Shown piece after piece: positions 25,500 to 43,625 of a stretch of DNA of 64,000 bases; the first letter of the stretch is position 1; the number at the start of each line of letters is the position of its first letter. Source of the DNA: Octopus sinensis (Eukaryota). The stretch covers positions 7,006,001-7,070,000 of the forward strand of contig NC_043025.1 in assembly GCF_006345805.1 (NCBI RefSeq). The letters run 5' to 3'. A program made the position numbers and the translations under genes. The notes under the pieces are model-generated. The model did no database searches, was not told the DNA's origin, and saw nothing but the letters and a program-made list of their open reading frames with translations.

Positions 25500-25862
25500 T
25501 TAACAACCTGCACAAATGATGATGCCCTTCTCTTGGGGTAACCATCATGCTTGCTGGATGCCTGTATCCCTGGAGATTACATCAGGGTAGGAGAGTGTGC
25601 ACCCTCTGGTATCGCGAGTAGATGGCTTCCAGAGGAGAAGAGTAGAAATTACTTCTTTTTCAGCTCTACAACAATGTCCAGCAAACTGGACTTTCCTACC
25701 TTTCACAAGAGATGACACAGGTGGTAGTTTCCCATATATTTGTACTTTGGTTGGATGACGCTTCCATGAGAGATTTTGAGTTCTCATAAGGAGGCGAGTG
25801 TAGGTTCCATCCAACCGCCTCTGAAGCTTCTTTGATAACGTCCAGGTTTCTGAGCCATATAG
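25500..25862 (-). mobile_element. RTE/RTE-X LINE C-terminal fragment
   Basis: ILLYGSETWTLSKKLQRRLDGTYTRLLMR...QFAGHCCR, matching the RTE-clade LLYGSETW and W.GH..R motifs. Confidence 0.8.
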
Positions 25863-26253
25863 TAGAATTGGGGTAACCAAGTATTTCTCTTCCTAATGCC
25901 AACCACTGTTGAGCTGAGTGAAATCGCAGTTGTGGCTGATGTCTGTACCATCTCACTGGCACCTGTGCTTGTGGCATGTAAAAAGCAGTGTTCAAGCGTT
26001 GGGCCTCATTGGGGGCAGTGAAAGGTGACTGAGACCTTTGGCAATATACTGTGCTTGTGTAGACCTGTTAAGCCAGGTGAGATTGAAGTCATGGCCGATG
26101 TTGGTGTCAGGTCAATGGAACCCGTGCTAGTGGCATGTAAAAAGCATCTACTACACTCACGGAGTGGTTGGCATTAGGAAGGGCATCCAGCTGTAGAAAC
26201 CTTGCAAAATCAGATCAGAACCTGGCGGAGCTTACCAGTTTTCAGTCAAACCT

Positions 26254-26815
26254 ATTTCTTTATTACCCACAAGGGGCTAAACATAGAGGGGACAAACAAG
26301 GACAGACATAGGTATTAAGTCGATCACATCAATCCCAGTGCGTAACTGGTACTTTATTTATCGACCCCGAAAGGATGAAAGGTAAAGTCGACCTCGGCGG
26401 AATTTGAACTCAGAACGTAACGGCAGCCGAAATACCTATTTCTTTATTACCCACAAGGGGCTAAACATAGAGGGGACAAACAAGGACAGACATAGGTATT
26501 AAGTCGATTACATCGATCCCAGTGCGTAACTGGTACTTTATTTATCGACCCCGAAAGGATGAAAGGTAAAGTCGACCTCGTCGGAATTTGAACTCAGAAC
26601 GTAACAGCAGCCGAAATACCTATTTCTTTATTACCCACAAGGGGCTAAACATAGAGGGGACAAACAAGGACAGACATAGGTATTAAGTCGATTACATCGA
26701 CCCCAGTGCGTAACTGGTACTTTATTTATCGACCCCAAAAAAACTCAGAACGTAACGACAGACGAAATACCGCTGAGCATTTCGCCCAGCGCGCTAACGT
26801 TTCTGCCAGCTCGCC
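26254..26815 (-). mobile_element. SINE family B trimer
   Basis: Three 183-184-bp units, head at 26765-26815. Confidence 0.85.
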
Positions 26816-26865
26816 ACCTTTCAGTCATACCGTCCAACCCATGCCAGCATGGAAAACAGACATTA

Positions 26866-26897
<32 letters not shown>

Positions 26898-27059
26898 ACA
26901 GCGTGCACTGGGTGTTTTTTTATGTGGCACCACCAGCAACCACCATAGCTTCTTTTAACATGGCAGCAGCACTGGTGCTTTTCACATGGCACCGGCAGGG
27001 TTGCCAAGTAGCTTGCAAGACAAAGATCTCTCAGCTGAGAGAGGGAGTGGAACAAAGAC

Positions 27060-27840
27060 AAGATTCTATAAAACTGTCCTATGAAGAAAAGCTGAGGATG
27101 CTCGACCTTTATTCTCTAGAAAAACGCCGCCGCCGTGGTGATCTCATTCTCGCCCACATCATAAGCGGAAAGTGTAACCTCTCGAAAGAGCTGTTCTTCA
27201 CTCCTGCTCCAGAGCGTCGGCTGTGGGGTCATTCCGAAAAGCTCTACCTGCGATGATTTCATCTCAATCGAAGGAGAGGATCTTTCTCCGTCCAGGTTGC
27301 GGATCCATGGAATAAGCTGCCGGACGAGATATTGAAGATGCCGACGACCGCTCGGTTCAAAGTCTCTCTTGACCAGAAATGGCCTGAACTCTTTGCATGA
27401 ACACCCTCCCTGTACATAACTCCATGTCCCCCTACATGGCCTTGCTTTTTGCTTTCTGAGCCAAAAAATTAACTTAACTTAACATACATACATACATACA
27501 CACATTACATACATCATAAGCGGAAAGTGTAACCTCTCGAAAGAGCTGTTCTTCACTCCTGCCCCAGAGCTTCGGCTGCGGGGTCACTCCGAAAAGCTCT
27601 ACCTGCAACGATTTCATCTCAATCGAAGGAGAGGAGCTTTCTCCGTCCGGGTTGCGGATCCGTGGAACAAGCTGCCAGACAAGATGGTGAAGATGCCGAC
27701 GACCGCTTTTGTTCAAAGCCTCCCTTGACCTCAAGTGGCCTGAACTCTTTACATGAACACCACCCTGTACTTAACTCCATGTCCCCCTACATGGCCTTGC
27801 TATTTGCTTTTGAGCCAAATTAACTAACTAACTAACTAGT
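27060..27840 (+). mobile_element. CR1-type LINE 3' ends, two tandem copies
   Basis: SYEEKLRMLDLYSLEKRRRRGDLI...PWNKLPDE; (TTAAC)n/(TAAC)n tails. Confidence 0.85.
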
Positions 27841-27962
27841 CTTCAAACAAAGAATGGCTATGGGGACCCAGCAGAATAAAATGGTCATCAAATAGAAAAA
27901 ACAGTAGAGAACCCCTGGATTAAACAAACCAAAGTACAAGGAACAAAGAGGATATTACTTAC

Positions 27963-28073
27963 GGGATCATAAGGGGCTTTCTTCTTCTTCTTATTGGGAA
28001 CTGGAGTTGAGAGATCAGAGTCCTCGTTTTTGTTGTCCACATTTTGGGTCGGCCGTTTTCTTTTACTTGGCAT
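27963..28073 (-). CDS. PBRM1: Polybromo-1, first coding exon (MPSKRKRP...KKKKKAPYDP, 37 aa, basic NLS-like N-terminus). The exon also includes 5'UTR up to an acceptor at 28196
   Basis: ATG at 28073; donor CCC|GTAAGT at 27962; strong polypyrimidine acceptor TTTCGTTTCAG| at 28197; phase 0 joins the next exon as DP|IEIC, like the recalled human MGSKRRR...TVDPIAVC. Confidence 0.9.
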
Positions 28074-28419
28074 TTTTGTTTCTTGTGTCCTTCACTTCTG
28101 TATCACAATTCTGTTTTGTTTTTGGAGGTTTTTTGGGGTTTTTTTTTTTTAAATATAACTTACTATAATTACAGTTAATTAAGTTAATTTAAAGATCTGA
28201 AACGAAAGAAGGTAAAAAGAAAAAGGTAAAGCAATATAAAGAATTATGTCTCATTTTATTCAAAGTATTTTTAGGTTTATAGTCAAGATAAGGTTTGCCC
28301 CCAACTGTAATGGCTTCAGGTTCAATGCCACAGCATGGCACCTTGGGCAAGTGTCTTCTACTATGGTTCCTATGTAACCAAAATCTTGTGAGTAGATTTG
28401 ATAGAAAAAATATATATAT

Positions 28420-28789
28420 ACTCTTTTACTTGTTTCAGTCATTTGACTGCGGCCATGCTGGAGCACCGCCTTTAGTCGAACAAATCGACCCCGGGATTTA
28501 TTCTTTGTAAGCCCAGTACTTATTCCATCGGTCTCTTTTGCCGAACCGCTAAGTGACGGCGACGTAAACACACCAGCATCGGTTGTCAAACACAGACACA
28601 CAAACATATATATATATACATATATACGACGGGCTTCTTTCAGTTTCCGTCTAACAAATCCACTCTCAAGGCTTTGGTCGGCTAGAGGCTATAGTAGAAG
28701 ACACTTGCCCAAGATGCCACGCAGTGGGACTGAACCCGGAACCATGTGGTTGGTCAGCAAGCTAATTACCACACAGCCACTCCTATGCC
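28420..28789 (-). mobile_element. Family A SINE
   Basis: Same diagnostic blocks. Confidence 0.85.
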
Positions 28790-28829
28790 TATATATATAT
28801 TACGATAGAATCTATAGGCAATTTAAGTT

Positions 28830-29030
28830 GAATTGACTCTTGACCATGGGCTGAAACAGCTGTAAGGAGCAGTTTATTTGTATTATTTATATTTTTATAC
28901 TACATATTGATGTATATTGTTTTGTTTGCTTTTGATGATCCCATTTGTATAATTAATAAATAATGTAAAATTGTAATATCCCTAAGTTGATAATCGAAAT
29001 GAATTTGTTTCTCCATTTTCTTATTTGTAT
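28830..29030 (+). mobile_element. Truncated copy of the family at 52800-53090, retaining the 3' half of the hammerhead
   Basis: GGCTGAAACAGCTGTAAG at 28849-28866; shared downstream TTGATGT.TATTGTTTT and end CTCCATTTTCTTATTT(T)GTA(TA)n, which is also seen near 59910-59935. Confidence 0.6.
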
Positions 29031-29039
29031 ATATATATA

Positions 29040-29566
29040 CTAGCAGTATCGCCCGGTGTTGCTCGGGTTTGTAAGGGAAATAACTATATAAGCATTTTTA
29101 GTGAGTTATAGCCAAAAAATAGCAAAAAAATGCATTAAAAATGGAATAAAAAATGATGGTAATTTTGGTGTCTTCAAGCCATGAAGTCGTTCTTCTAAAA
29201 GAACGCTGGTCTCCTTGACAATGCTTTACAACGTTGATTTCCTTACACTCCCTTCCCCACAGCTTCACGAGGGAGGGAAGAAGGGGGAGAAGCAACACAG
29301 GTGCAGGTGTGACCATGGACGGCAACTCCGCCGCCATTGACACACGAAAAAATATGCATTCAAATGGAATAAAAAATTATGTTAAATTATTTTTAAAATC
29401 GTAGACTCATCGTAGACGCGTGCTAATAGCCAGACGGGCTCGATATGAATCACGACTATAAGATACCCGAATTTGGTTAAACTGCACCGCAAAATGTGGG
29501 AGTAGTTAGGAATCTAAATCGAAGGGGACAGACACTCACACAACTACAGTTTTATATATATATAGA
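29040..29566 (-). mobile_element. Non-autonomous Helitron, same family
   Basis: A|TC...CTAG|T termini on the minus strand; similar to 53717-54217. Confidence 0.85.
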
Positions 29567-30183
29567 TATCACATGATCACGTGACCGACCAGTCCATCAG
29601 ATGTAGTTACACATCGCTGGTCACAATGCGTTTGCATTGTTTTAGCCTTCGAATGACGCCACCCCGCTGGCTAAGCAAGCAGGCCAACAGAAGAAAGAGT
29701 GGGAGAAAGAGTACAGCAGGGATCACCACCCCCTGCCGGAGCTTTGTGGAGCTTTTAGGTGTTTTCGCTCAATAAACACTCACAACACCTGGTCTGGGAA
29801 TCGAAACCGCGATCCTGCGACCGCGAGTCCGCTGCCCTAACCACTGGGCCATTGCGCCTCCACATATATATATATACACACACACATAGACGTAAGCATA
29901 GCTGTGTGCTAAGTAGCTTGCTTCCCAACCACATGGTTGCAGGTTCAGTTCTGTGTGGCACCTTGGGCAAGTGACTTCTACTATAGCCTTAAGGTGACCA
30001 AAACCTTGTGAGTGGATTTGGTAGATGGAAACTGAAAGAAGCCCATCAAATATGTGTGTGCGTGTGTGTCTGTGTCCCCGCCTCCGTCGCTTAACAACTA
30101 ATGTTGCTGTGTTTACATCCCTGTTACCTAGCAGTTCGGCAAATCACAGCCATCTTACCGTCATAAAGAAAGGACACTTTAGA

Positions 30184-30385
30184 TACTCTTTACTTGTTTC
30201 AGTCATTTGACTGCGGCCATGCTGGAGCACCGCCTTTAGTCGAGCAAATCGACCCCGGGACTCATTCTTTGTAAGCCCAGTACTTATTCTATCGGTCTCC
30301 TTTGCAAAACCGCTAAGTGACGGGGATGTAAACACACCAGCATCGATTGTCAAGCAATGCTATGGGGATAAAAACAGACACACAA

Positions 30386-30447
<62 letters not shown>

Positions 30448-30623
30448 ATATATGTATATACAGCAGGCTTCTTTCAGTTTCCATCTACCAAATCCACTCA
30501 GAAGGCATTGGTTGGCCCGGGGCTATAGCAGAAGACACTTGCACAAGATGCCACGCAGTGGGACTGAACCCAGAACCATGTGGTTGGTAAGCAAGCTACT
30601 TACCACACAGCCACTCCTGCGCC
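30184..30623 (-). mobile_element. Family A SINE, abutting a partial plus-strand copy at 29890-30130
   Basis: Same diagnostic blocks. Confidence 0.85.
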
Positions 30624-31557
30624 TATAAAGATATTTAATGGAATGATGATGCACCAAAAAGCGGTCCATTGCTGGGGTTTAAAAAAAAAATTCAGACTGA
30701 ATATTTTACTCTGATTCGAAAAATTCGAAAAAGAGTGGAACTTTTAGGATTTATGGGGTGCTGTGGGGGTGGGTCAAAAAACTTTTTTTCTCCAGTCGTA
30801 TGAATTCCCATGTGTAGAAGACAAATTCACAAAAATTTTCTGAAAATTCCAAAAAAAGTATAAAATTTATGAGGGGTTCTATGGGGTGCTTTAACCAGAA
30901 TTCCACCCAAAAGCGTTCCATCCGTGACGATCCTGTCTTGTTTTCAGACATAATGTATCTAGGACTACATTATTTACGTCCCCGTCACTTAGCGGTTCGG
31001 CAAAAGAGACCGATAGAATAAGTACTGGGCTTACAAAAGAATAAGTCCCGGGGTCGATTTGCTCGACTAAAGGCGGTGCTCCAGCATGGCCGCAGTCAAA
31101 TGACTGAAACAAGTAAAAGAGAAAAGAGAATAGGACAAACGATATTGAAAAACATCAATACATGCCAGTGACAAAGAAATGAGGAAGGTATCAGGTAGTC
31201 GTGGGACGTGTTAAAAATAACTAAATCGCCCTTAAATCACACAAAATTTTTGCCCCATAATCGTATGAATTCCCGTGTACAGAACACAAATTCGGAAGAA
31301 TTTTCTGAAAATTCCAACAAATAAAAAAAATGATGAGGGGTTATATTGGGTGCATAAACCAAAACCCTGCCCACTTCTGATCAATCAGGACTGACCCGGA
31401 GCAAAACAATAAAGAACTTCACGCGGTTGTTTCAATCTGCTAGAAATAGCGAAATCAACCACCAAATTACACTATTTTCTGGACAGTACGTAATATACTC
31501 TGAGCAAAAACAAAAACATGATGGTCACGGCGAGAAAGGCGAGAAAACCAGATGCGT

Positions 31558-32390
31558 ACGGATCTTTTCACTTTGACCGGTGAAAAGATCCTAATTTTTT
31601 TTGTTTGCCATATTGCTAATCTCCGTATTTTTCCACGTAGATTGAAAAAAAAAAATTCGAAAAAAGTTAAAAATTAAAAAATAGATGGGTGGGGAGAATT
31701 TAAAATTTTCTAATTGCAGAAATTGAAGAAAAAGAAACAACAAATATCTTTAAAACTATACAATTTTCTCAATAAAGCCAAGAGAAAAAAGATGTTTTAT
31801 AAACACATTATACCAGTATACGAAGTTTAGAAGTGTTTAGTTACGTGGAAATTATTTTTAAAAACTGCCGTTCAAACCGAAAAGATTCTAAACCTAATCT
31901 GTTTCTTAAACAAGGGACATATTCATACGGCACAGAATGTTTTCACCTCAATAGACATCAGTGATTGGTTGAAATTGCAGAAAAAAAAACAACAAATATC
32001 TTACAAACTATAGAATTTCCTGAATAAAGTCAAGAGAAAAAGATGTTTTATAAACACATTCTACCAGTGTACGAAGTTTAAAATTTTTTAGTTACGTGGA
32101 AATTATTTTAAAAAACTGCCGTTCAAACCGAAAAGATCCCTGTTTCTTAAACGAGGGACATATTCATACGGCAAAGAATGTTTTCACCTCAATAGACATC
32201 AGTGATTGGTTGAAATTGCAGAAATTGAAGAAAAAAACAACAAATATCTTAGAAACCATAGAATTTTCTCAATAAAGCCAAGAGAAAAAGATGTTTTATA
32301 AACACATTCTACCAGTATACGAAGTTTAAAAGTGTTTAGTTACGTGGAAATTATTTTTAAAAAACTGCCGGTCAAACCGAAAAGATCCCA
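31558..32390. repeat. Three ~250-bp tandem units of a GGATCTTTTC-ended element; related inverted copies at 43778-44400 carry short (CCCTAA)n
   Basis: AACTGCCGTTCAAACCGAAAAGATCC recurs at about 31865, 32115 and 32365. Confidence 0.7.
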
Positions 32391-32529
32391 CTGGTTTAAT
32401 CCCACTCCTTTATAATTAATCAATTAGTTTTATGTACCCAAAAATTATCAAATCCGCTCGCATTTCTATCGTACGAAGCAACATTTTATACTTGTCCAAC
32501 ATTATTTTTTTTTCCTCTGCCGAGTAATC

Positions 32530-32912
32530 GGGAGGTGCAATGGCCCAGTGGTTAGGGCAGCGGACTCGCGGTCGTAGGAACGCGGTTTCGATTCCCAGAC
32601 CGGGCGTTGTGAGTGTTTATTGAGCGAAAACACCTAAAGCTCCACGAGGCTCCGGCAGGGGATGGTGGTGATCCCTGCTGTACTCTTTCACCACAACTTT
32701 CTCTCACTCTTACTTCCTGTTTCTGTTGTACCTGTATTTCAAAGGGCCGGCCTTGTCACTCTCTGTGTCACGCTGAATATCCCCGAGAACTACGTTAAGG
32801 GTACACGTGTCTGTGGAGTGCTCAGCCACTTACACGTTAATTTCACGAGCAGGCTGTTCCGTTGATTCGGATCAACCGGAACCCTCGTCGTCGCAACCGA
32901 CGGAGTGCTTCC
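32530..32912 (+). mobile_element. tRNA-derived SINE family F (other copies at 21165-21550 minus and 45384-45766 minus; a variant-tail copy at 29570-29860)
   Basis: Box A-like TGGCCCAGTGGTTAGG and box B-like GTTTCGATTCC; the 45384-45766 copy has a 12-bp TSD GGTGTCACAGTA (45372-45383 and 45767-45778) inside a CR1 fragment. Confidence 0.85.
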
Positions 32913-34202
32913 AATCGGTTAATTGTCCCAAATTTTGGTTTTCATATATGTTCAATACACCTTTTTTTGTTTTACCCCTATTAAAATTTGGGGGAGGGGT
33001 AAATCTAATAATAACCCTGCCAAAACTCCCTCTAATCATACTTTTAATGCCATTAAAACAAAGGCGTACTGAAAAATAAAACAGGGTGGTCATAAATGGA
33101 TTGCCTTTGCTTTCTGTGCTGGAGCCTAAACACAACACCACATCACATAACAGGTGCAACGAAGGAACTAAATATGAAGGTGCGACGTTCCAAATGCTAG
33201 AAATAGCAACCAAATCACCCCCACCAAATCTGAACTTGGTGTCAGAAAAAAAAGCCCTTAAATAACTTGATTTTGGCGATCTTTCGTCTCTAGTAGACCT
33301 TTCCGTCGATTTCCGTAATTTTTTTTTTTTTTCTACATATGGGCTTGCGGGAACTTTTGAAGTAATATACATACATATACACATACACCGAAAGGAGACC
33401 ACTATGTGGTCATTCGAAATGCTAGAAATAGCAGCCACAATTCACTCAAATTGCAGTCTGACGTCTAGCAAATGAAGAATGTAAACAGGCGGGACGGTCA
33501 CGGCTGGAAATACAGATGATGAACAAAAACAAAGCCCGGGCTCTGAGCTTTGCTGCATAGATACCACTACGTAATTACCTAAAATGCTAGAAATAGCAGT
33601 TAAGCCTCCCTCAAATCTCAACCCTTAGACAACCTTGAATTTTTTTTTTAATGGAATGGTCACGGTTGGAAATATAGATTAAGGAGACCACTATGTGGTC
33701 ATTCGAAATGCTAGAAATAGCAGCCACAATTCACTCAAATTGCAATCTGACGTCTAGCAAATGAGCCCCTTAGACAATCTTGATACTTTTTTTTTTTAAA
33801 CAGGTGGGACGGTCACGGCTGGAAATACAGATGATGAACAAAGACAAAGCCCGGGCTCTGAGCTTTGCTTCATCGATACCACTACGTAATTACCTAAAAT
33901 GCTAGAAATAGCAGTTAAGCCTACCTCAAATCTCAACCCTTAGACAACCTTGAATTTTTTTTTTAATGGAATGGTCACGGTTGGAAATATAGATTAAGGA
34001 GACCACTATGTGGTCATTCGAAATGCTAGAAATAAGAGCCAAGTCTTAAAAATCACAATCTGGTGTCTAAAAAAAGGCAAATGAAAAATGTAAGACAGCC
34101 CTTGTACATAATTATTTTAATAGACGGCGGGATGGTCACGGTTGGAAATATACATGATAAAAAACAATAATAATGCTCGAACTCTGAGCTTCGCTACTGC
34201 AT

Positions 34203-34574
34203 AGAGACCACTATGTGGTCATTCAAAATGCTAGAAATAATAGTCGAGTTTCCTTCAAATCACTAGAGACCACTATGTGGTCATTCAAAATGCTAGAAAT
34301 AATAGTCGAATTTCCTTCAAATCACTAGAGACCACTATGTGGTCATTCAAAATGCTAGAAATAATAGTCGAGTTTCCTTCAAATCACTAGAGACCACTAT
34401 GTGGTCATTCAAAATGCTAGAAATAATAGTCGAATTTCCTTCAAATCACTAGAGACCACTATGTGGTCATTCAAAATGCTAGAAATAATAGTCGAATTTC
34501 CTTCAAATCACTAGAGACCACTATGTGGTCATTCAAAATGCTAGAAATAATAGTCGAGTTTCCTTCAAATCACT
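34203..34574. repeat. Six 62-bp tandem units, each with a GACCAC-TAT-GTGGTC hairpin
   Basis: Starts at 34203, 34265, 34327, 34389, 34451 and 34513; lies within a GCTAGAAATAGCAGC repeat family spanning 33180-34870. Confidence 0.92.
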
Positions 34575-34942
34575 ACCGCGCGTCTAAAAACACTTATCTT
34601 TTATCGTGTTTCAGTAAGTAGACTACGGCCATGAAGAATTTTGATCGGAATCGATTCCAGCACTTATTCTATCGATCTCTTTGCCAAACCGTTAAGTTAA
34701 GGTGGCGTAAGTTTTTTTTAAAAGGGACGGTCACAAATGGAAATATAGATGATGAAAAGACATAATGCTCAGGCTCTGAGCTTAGCTGTTGCACGGAGAA
34801 CAGTTGTTCAAAATGTTAGAAATAGCAGCCAAGTGTCCTTCAAATCACAACTGCACGTCTTAAGACATCCTTAGGTAACATGAATTTTTTAAATAGATGG
34901 GACAGTCACGGCAAAGAAAATATAAATGATAATAAACAAAGA

Positions 34943-35390
34943 GGCAATCTTTCGTCTCTAGTAGACCTTTCCGTCGATTTCCGTAAAATTTTTTTTTTTT
35001 TTACATATGGGCTTGCGGCAACTTTTGAAGTAATGAGAGCGAAAGAGACTAAGAGAAAGCGATTGTATGACGAGGGAAGTTCTTTTGAAGTTACCGTGCA
35101 TGGGAAGCATTGATGTACATGTGTGTGTGTGTGTGTTTGATGGGGTGTGTGAGACAGACAGTATGTTGTGTAAGTGAAGTGCTTCTGTTAGTGTGTGTGA
35201 AGAGACAGAGTAATGTGTGAAAGAAAGAGATAACTGAAATTTTTTACTCGGTGTATGTGTATATGTATGTATGCATGTATATGTGTATATGTATGTATAT
35301 TACTTCAAAAGTTCCCGCAAGCCCATATGTAAAAAAAAAAAATTTTTTACGGAAATCGACGGAAAGGTCTATTAGAGACGAAAGATCTCC
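34943..35390. mobile_element. MITE with ~80-bp TIRs (GGCAATCTTTCGTCTCTAGTAGACC), possibly Merlin-type
   Basis: 8-bp TSD AACAAAGA; GG termini; inverted second copy at 42875-43300 (7-bp flanking repeat CAAAACA); fragment at 33275-33390. Confidence 0.75.
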
Positions 35391-35513
35391 AACAAAGACA
35401 TAATGCAAACGCATTAACCGTGACCACAATAAAATGCTAAGCGTGCAATTGTGTGCACTGAACTGCAGATAAATGCACACAGAGAAGGGATCTACTCGCA
35501 GCACCATCATCAC

Positions 35514-35579
<66 letters not shown>

Positions 35580-35962
35580 AGGTTTGGAGATGATATACAG
35601 GTATTATATATTAGAAGAAATGAGGTACTCAGAAGATCGGATGGTTCATATTTACAGATATTTATTTATATATTACATTTTTTACATATATATATCATAT
35701 CATTCAGATTATTGGCGCTTTCTCCCATTCCAGTGGGGTTTTCAAATCAAATTTTGATCGGAGAAATCGATTCCAGCACTTATTCTATCGATTTCTTTGC
35801 CAAACCGTTAAGTTAAGGTGGCGTAAGTTTTGATTTGAAAACCCCCACTGCAATGGGGGAAAGCGCTAATAATCTGAATGATATGATATATATATATATA
35901 TAATGTAATATATAAATAATATCTATAAATATGACCATCCGATCTTCTGATTACCTCATTTC

Positions 35963-36550
<588 letters not shown>

Positions 36551-36987
36551 TATAGAATGGGAGAAAGCGCTAATACATGATCTAAGTTATATGATGTATA
36601 AAAAATGTAATATACAAATAAATATCTGTAAATATAAACCATCCGATTTTCTGAGTACCTCATTTCTTCTAATATATGTATATATATATATATATATAAT
36701 ATATATATAATATATATATATATATATGGTTTTGGGATTTGGTTTACAAGATTCTTATATGAGTTCGTGTGTTGAAGCATATTGTTGTCTGAGGAGAGTC
36801 ATTTTCTTATTGTACCTTATAATGTAACACACACACAGGTAACATTTCCATTTATTTCTTATTTTTATTTTCTAAAATTGTCGTTGCGTCTTGCAACCTT
36901 TTCAATAGTCTTGATTCTGGATTCCTTTTTTTTAAGTGTTAAATAATAAGGCACTAAAAGAGAATGACTCTCCCCAGACACAACAGA

Positions 36988-41933
<4,946 letters not shown>

Positions 41934-42072
41934 GCGTGTTTGCGCGAGTAGGATGTGAGTAAAAAACGTCGGTGTAGATCGAACTCGTTACAAAAGAACA
42001 AGGATAAAAGAAAATACGTTAGAAAGGTTTCGGGGGTCAGTTTCTTTAGATGCAGATTTTCTATATACTCAC

Positions 42073-42260
42073 CAGACATTTAGCGCCGAGAAGTGTGTAG
42101 CTATATATACATACATGTATATATATGAAAACATATATATACACATATATATATGTATATATTTCTTCTGCTTCTTCTCTGTTTCTTGTCTTTCTTCTAC
42201 AAAATATTTCAACGCGATGCCATAATTAATTAGCTAAACTAGTCACACGTTTCGCAGCGG
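42073..42260 (-). other. Candidate non-coding 5'UTR exon of PBRM1 (upstream boundary unknown)
   Basis: Strong donor CTG|GTGAGTAT at 42072 in a unique CpG-enriched segment (41935-42330), upstream of the orphan acceptor at 28197. Confidence 0.4.
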
Positions 42261-42874
42261 TATTTTAGTATAAAACATCTTTGTGTTTCGTTTTACTTTT
42301 AAAACATATTCCGATTTATTTTCTCTCGTTCGTTATTTTATTTTTAGTTGCCTTACTTTATTTTTAAATTCAAAATAATCATCATAAACTATACTTTTTT
42401 CTATATTCATCTTGCATTTATAATTTTTTCTTCGAAACAAATGGTTTTTTTTTTACCCCTCCCCCCCATCCTTCCTTTCTAACGCTGTTTCTTCACTAAA
42501 CAAAAAAAAAATTCATTATTTATAAATAATATATTTTAATATATTCACCCTTGCTATGATTTTTATATTTAAATACAAAATATTAATCATAGAAAATATT
42601 TAAAAATAATCCTCTCCTTTCTTACCCCTTTCTTCGCTGAACACAAAAAAATTAACATATTTTAATATATTCGCCCTTGCTTTTTTTGTCTTTTTAAAAA
42701 TAATTAATTTATCAATAAATACATTTTAAAAAACAAAACCATAATAATATATTGGTTATTATTATAATTATTCCCCCCGGTTACGTATTTACAACTTTCC
42801 GTAAATCGTAGTAAGAGGGGGGACGGAATTATTGATTGTGTTTTTTTCATATTACTTTGTTTAAATACAAAACA

Positions 42875-43300
42875 GGCAATCTTTCGTCTCTAGTAGACCT
42901 TTCCGTCGATTTCCGTAAAAAATTTTTTTTTTTACATATGGGCTTGCGGGAACTTTTGAAGTAATATACATACATATACACATACACCGAGTAAAAAATT
43001 TCAGTTATCTCTCTCTTTCACACATTACTCTGTCTCTTCACACACACTAACAGAAGCACTTCACTTACACAACATACTGTCTGTCTCCCACACCCCATCA
43101 AACACACACACACACACACACATGTACATCAATGCTTCCCATGCACGGTAACTTCAAAAGAACTTCCCTCGTCATACAATCGCTTTCTCTTAGTCTCTTT
43201 CGCTCTCATTACTTCAAAACTTCCCGCAAGCCCATATGTAAAAAAAAAAAATTTTTTAACGGAAATCGACAGAAAGGTCTACTAGAGACGAAAGATCGCC
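42875..43300. mobile_element. Second full copy of the same MITE
   Basis: Reverse complement of 34943-35390; TIRs intact. Confidence 0.8.
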
Positions 43301-43559
43301 CAAAACATTAATTATTAAAAATATTTTTTAAAAACAAAACCATTATAATACGTTTATTATAATAATTCTCCCTTCCCGACAGGCTTTTGTTACGCAGCTA
43401 AAATGTTCCGTTATCATTGGGGAACTGGGGGGGGGGGATTATGACTTTTTTTTTTTGTTCTCTTATTTGCATTAAATTTTGCCCTAATCTTTTTTCCTTT
43501 CACCTTCTTCTCGAACCGACCACGGCATTCTATGTCCGTTTGCTTCTTTTGTTTTTGGC

Positions 43560-43625
43560 CACACTGTAGCCATACTATTCCCGAAAGCCATATCCAACAT
43601 GGCGCCTTATATAAAAGAAGCCGGG
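43560..43625. promoter_or_regulatory. Candidate core promoter (YY1-like motif next to a TATA-like element), possibly of PBRM1
   Basis: CAACATGGCG at 43595-43604 and TATATAAAA at 43608-43616 in non-repetitive, locally CpG-richer sequence. Confidence 0.3.

Noticed and set aside
34203-34574. CRISPR-like array of palindromic repeats
   Set aside because: No unique spacers, no cas genes, and an animal genome context
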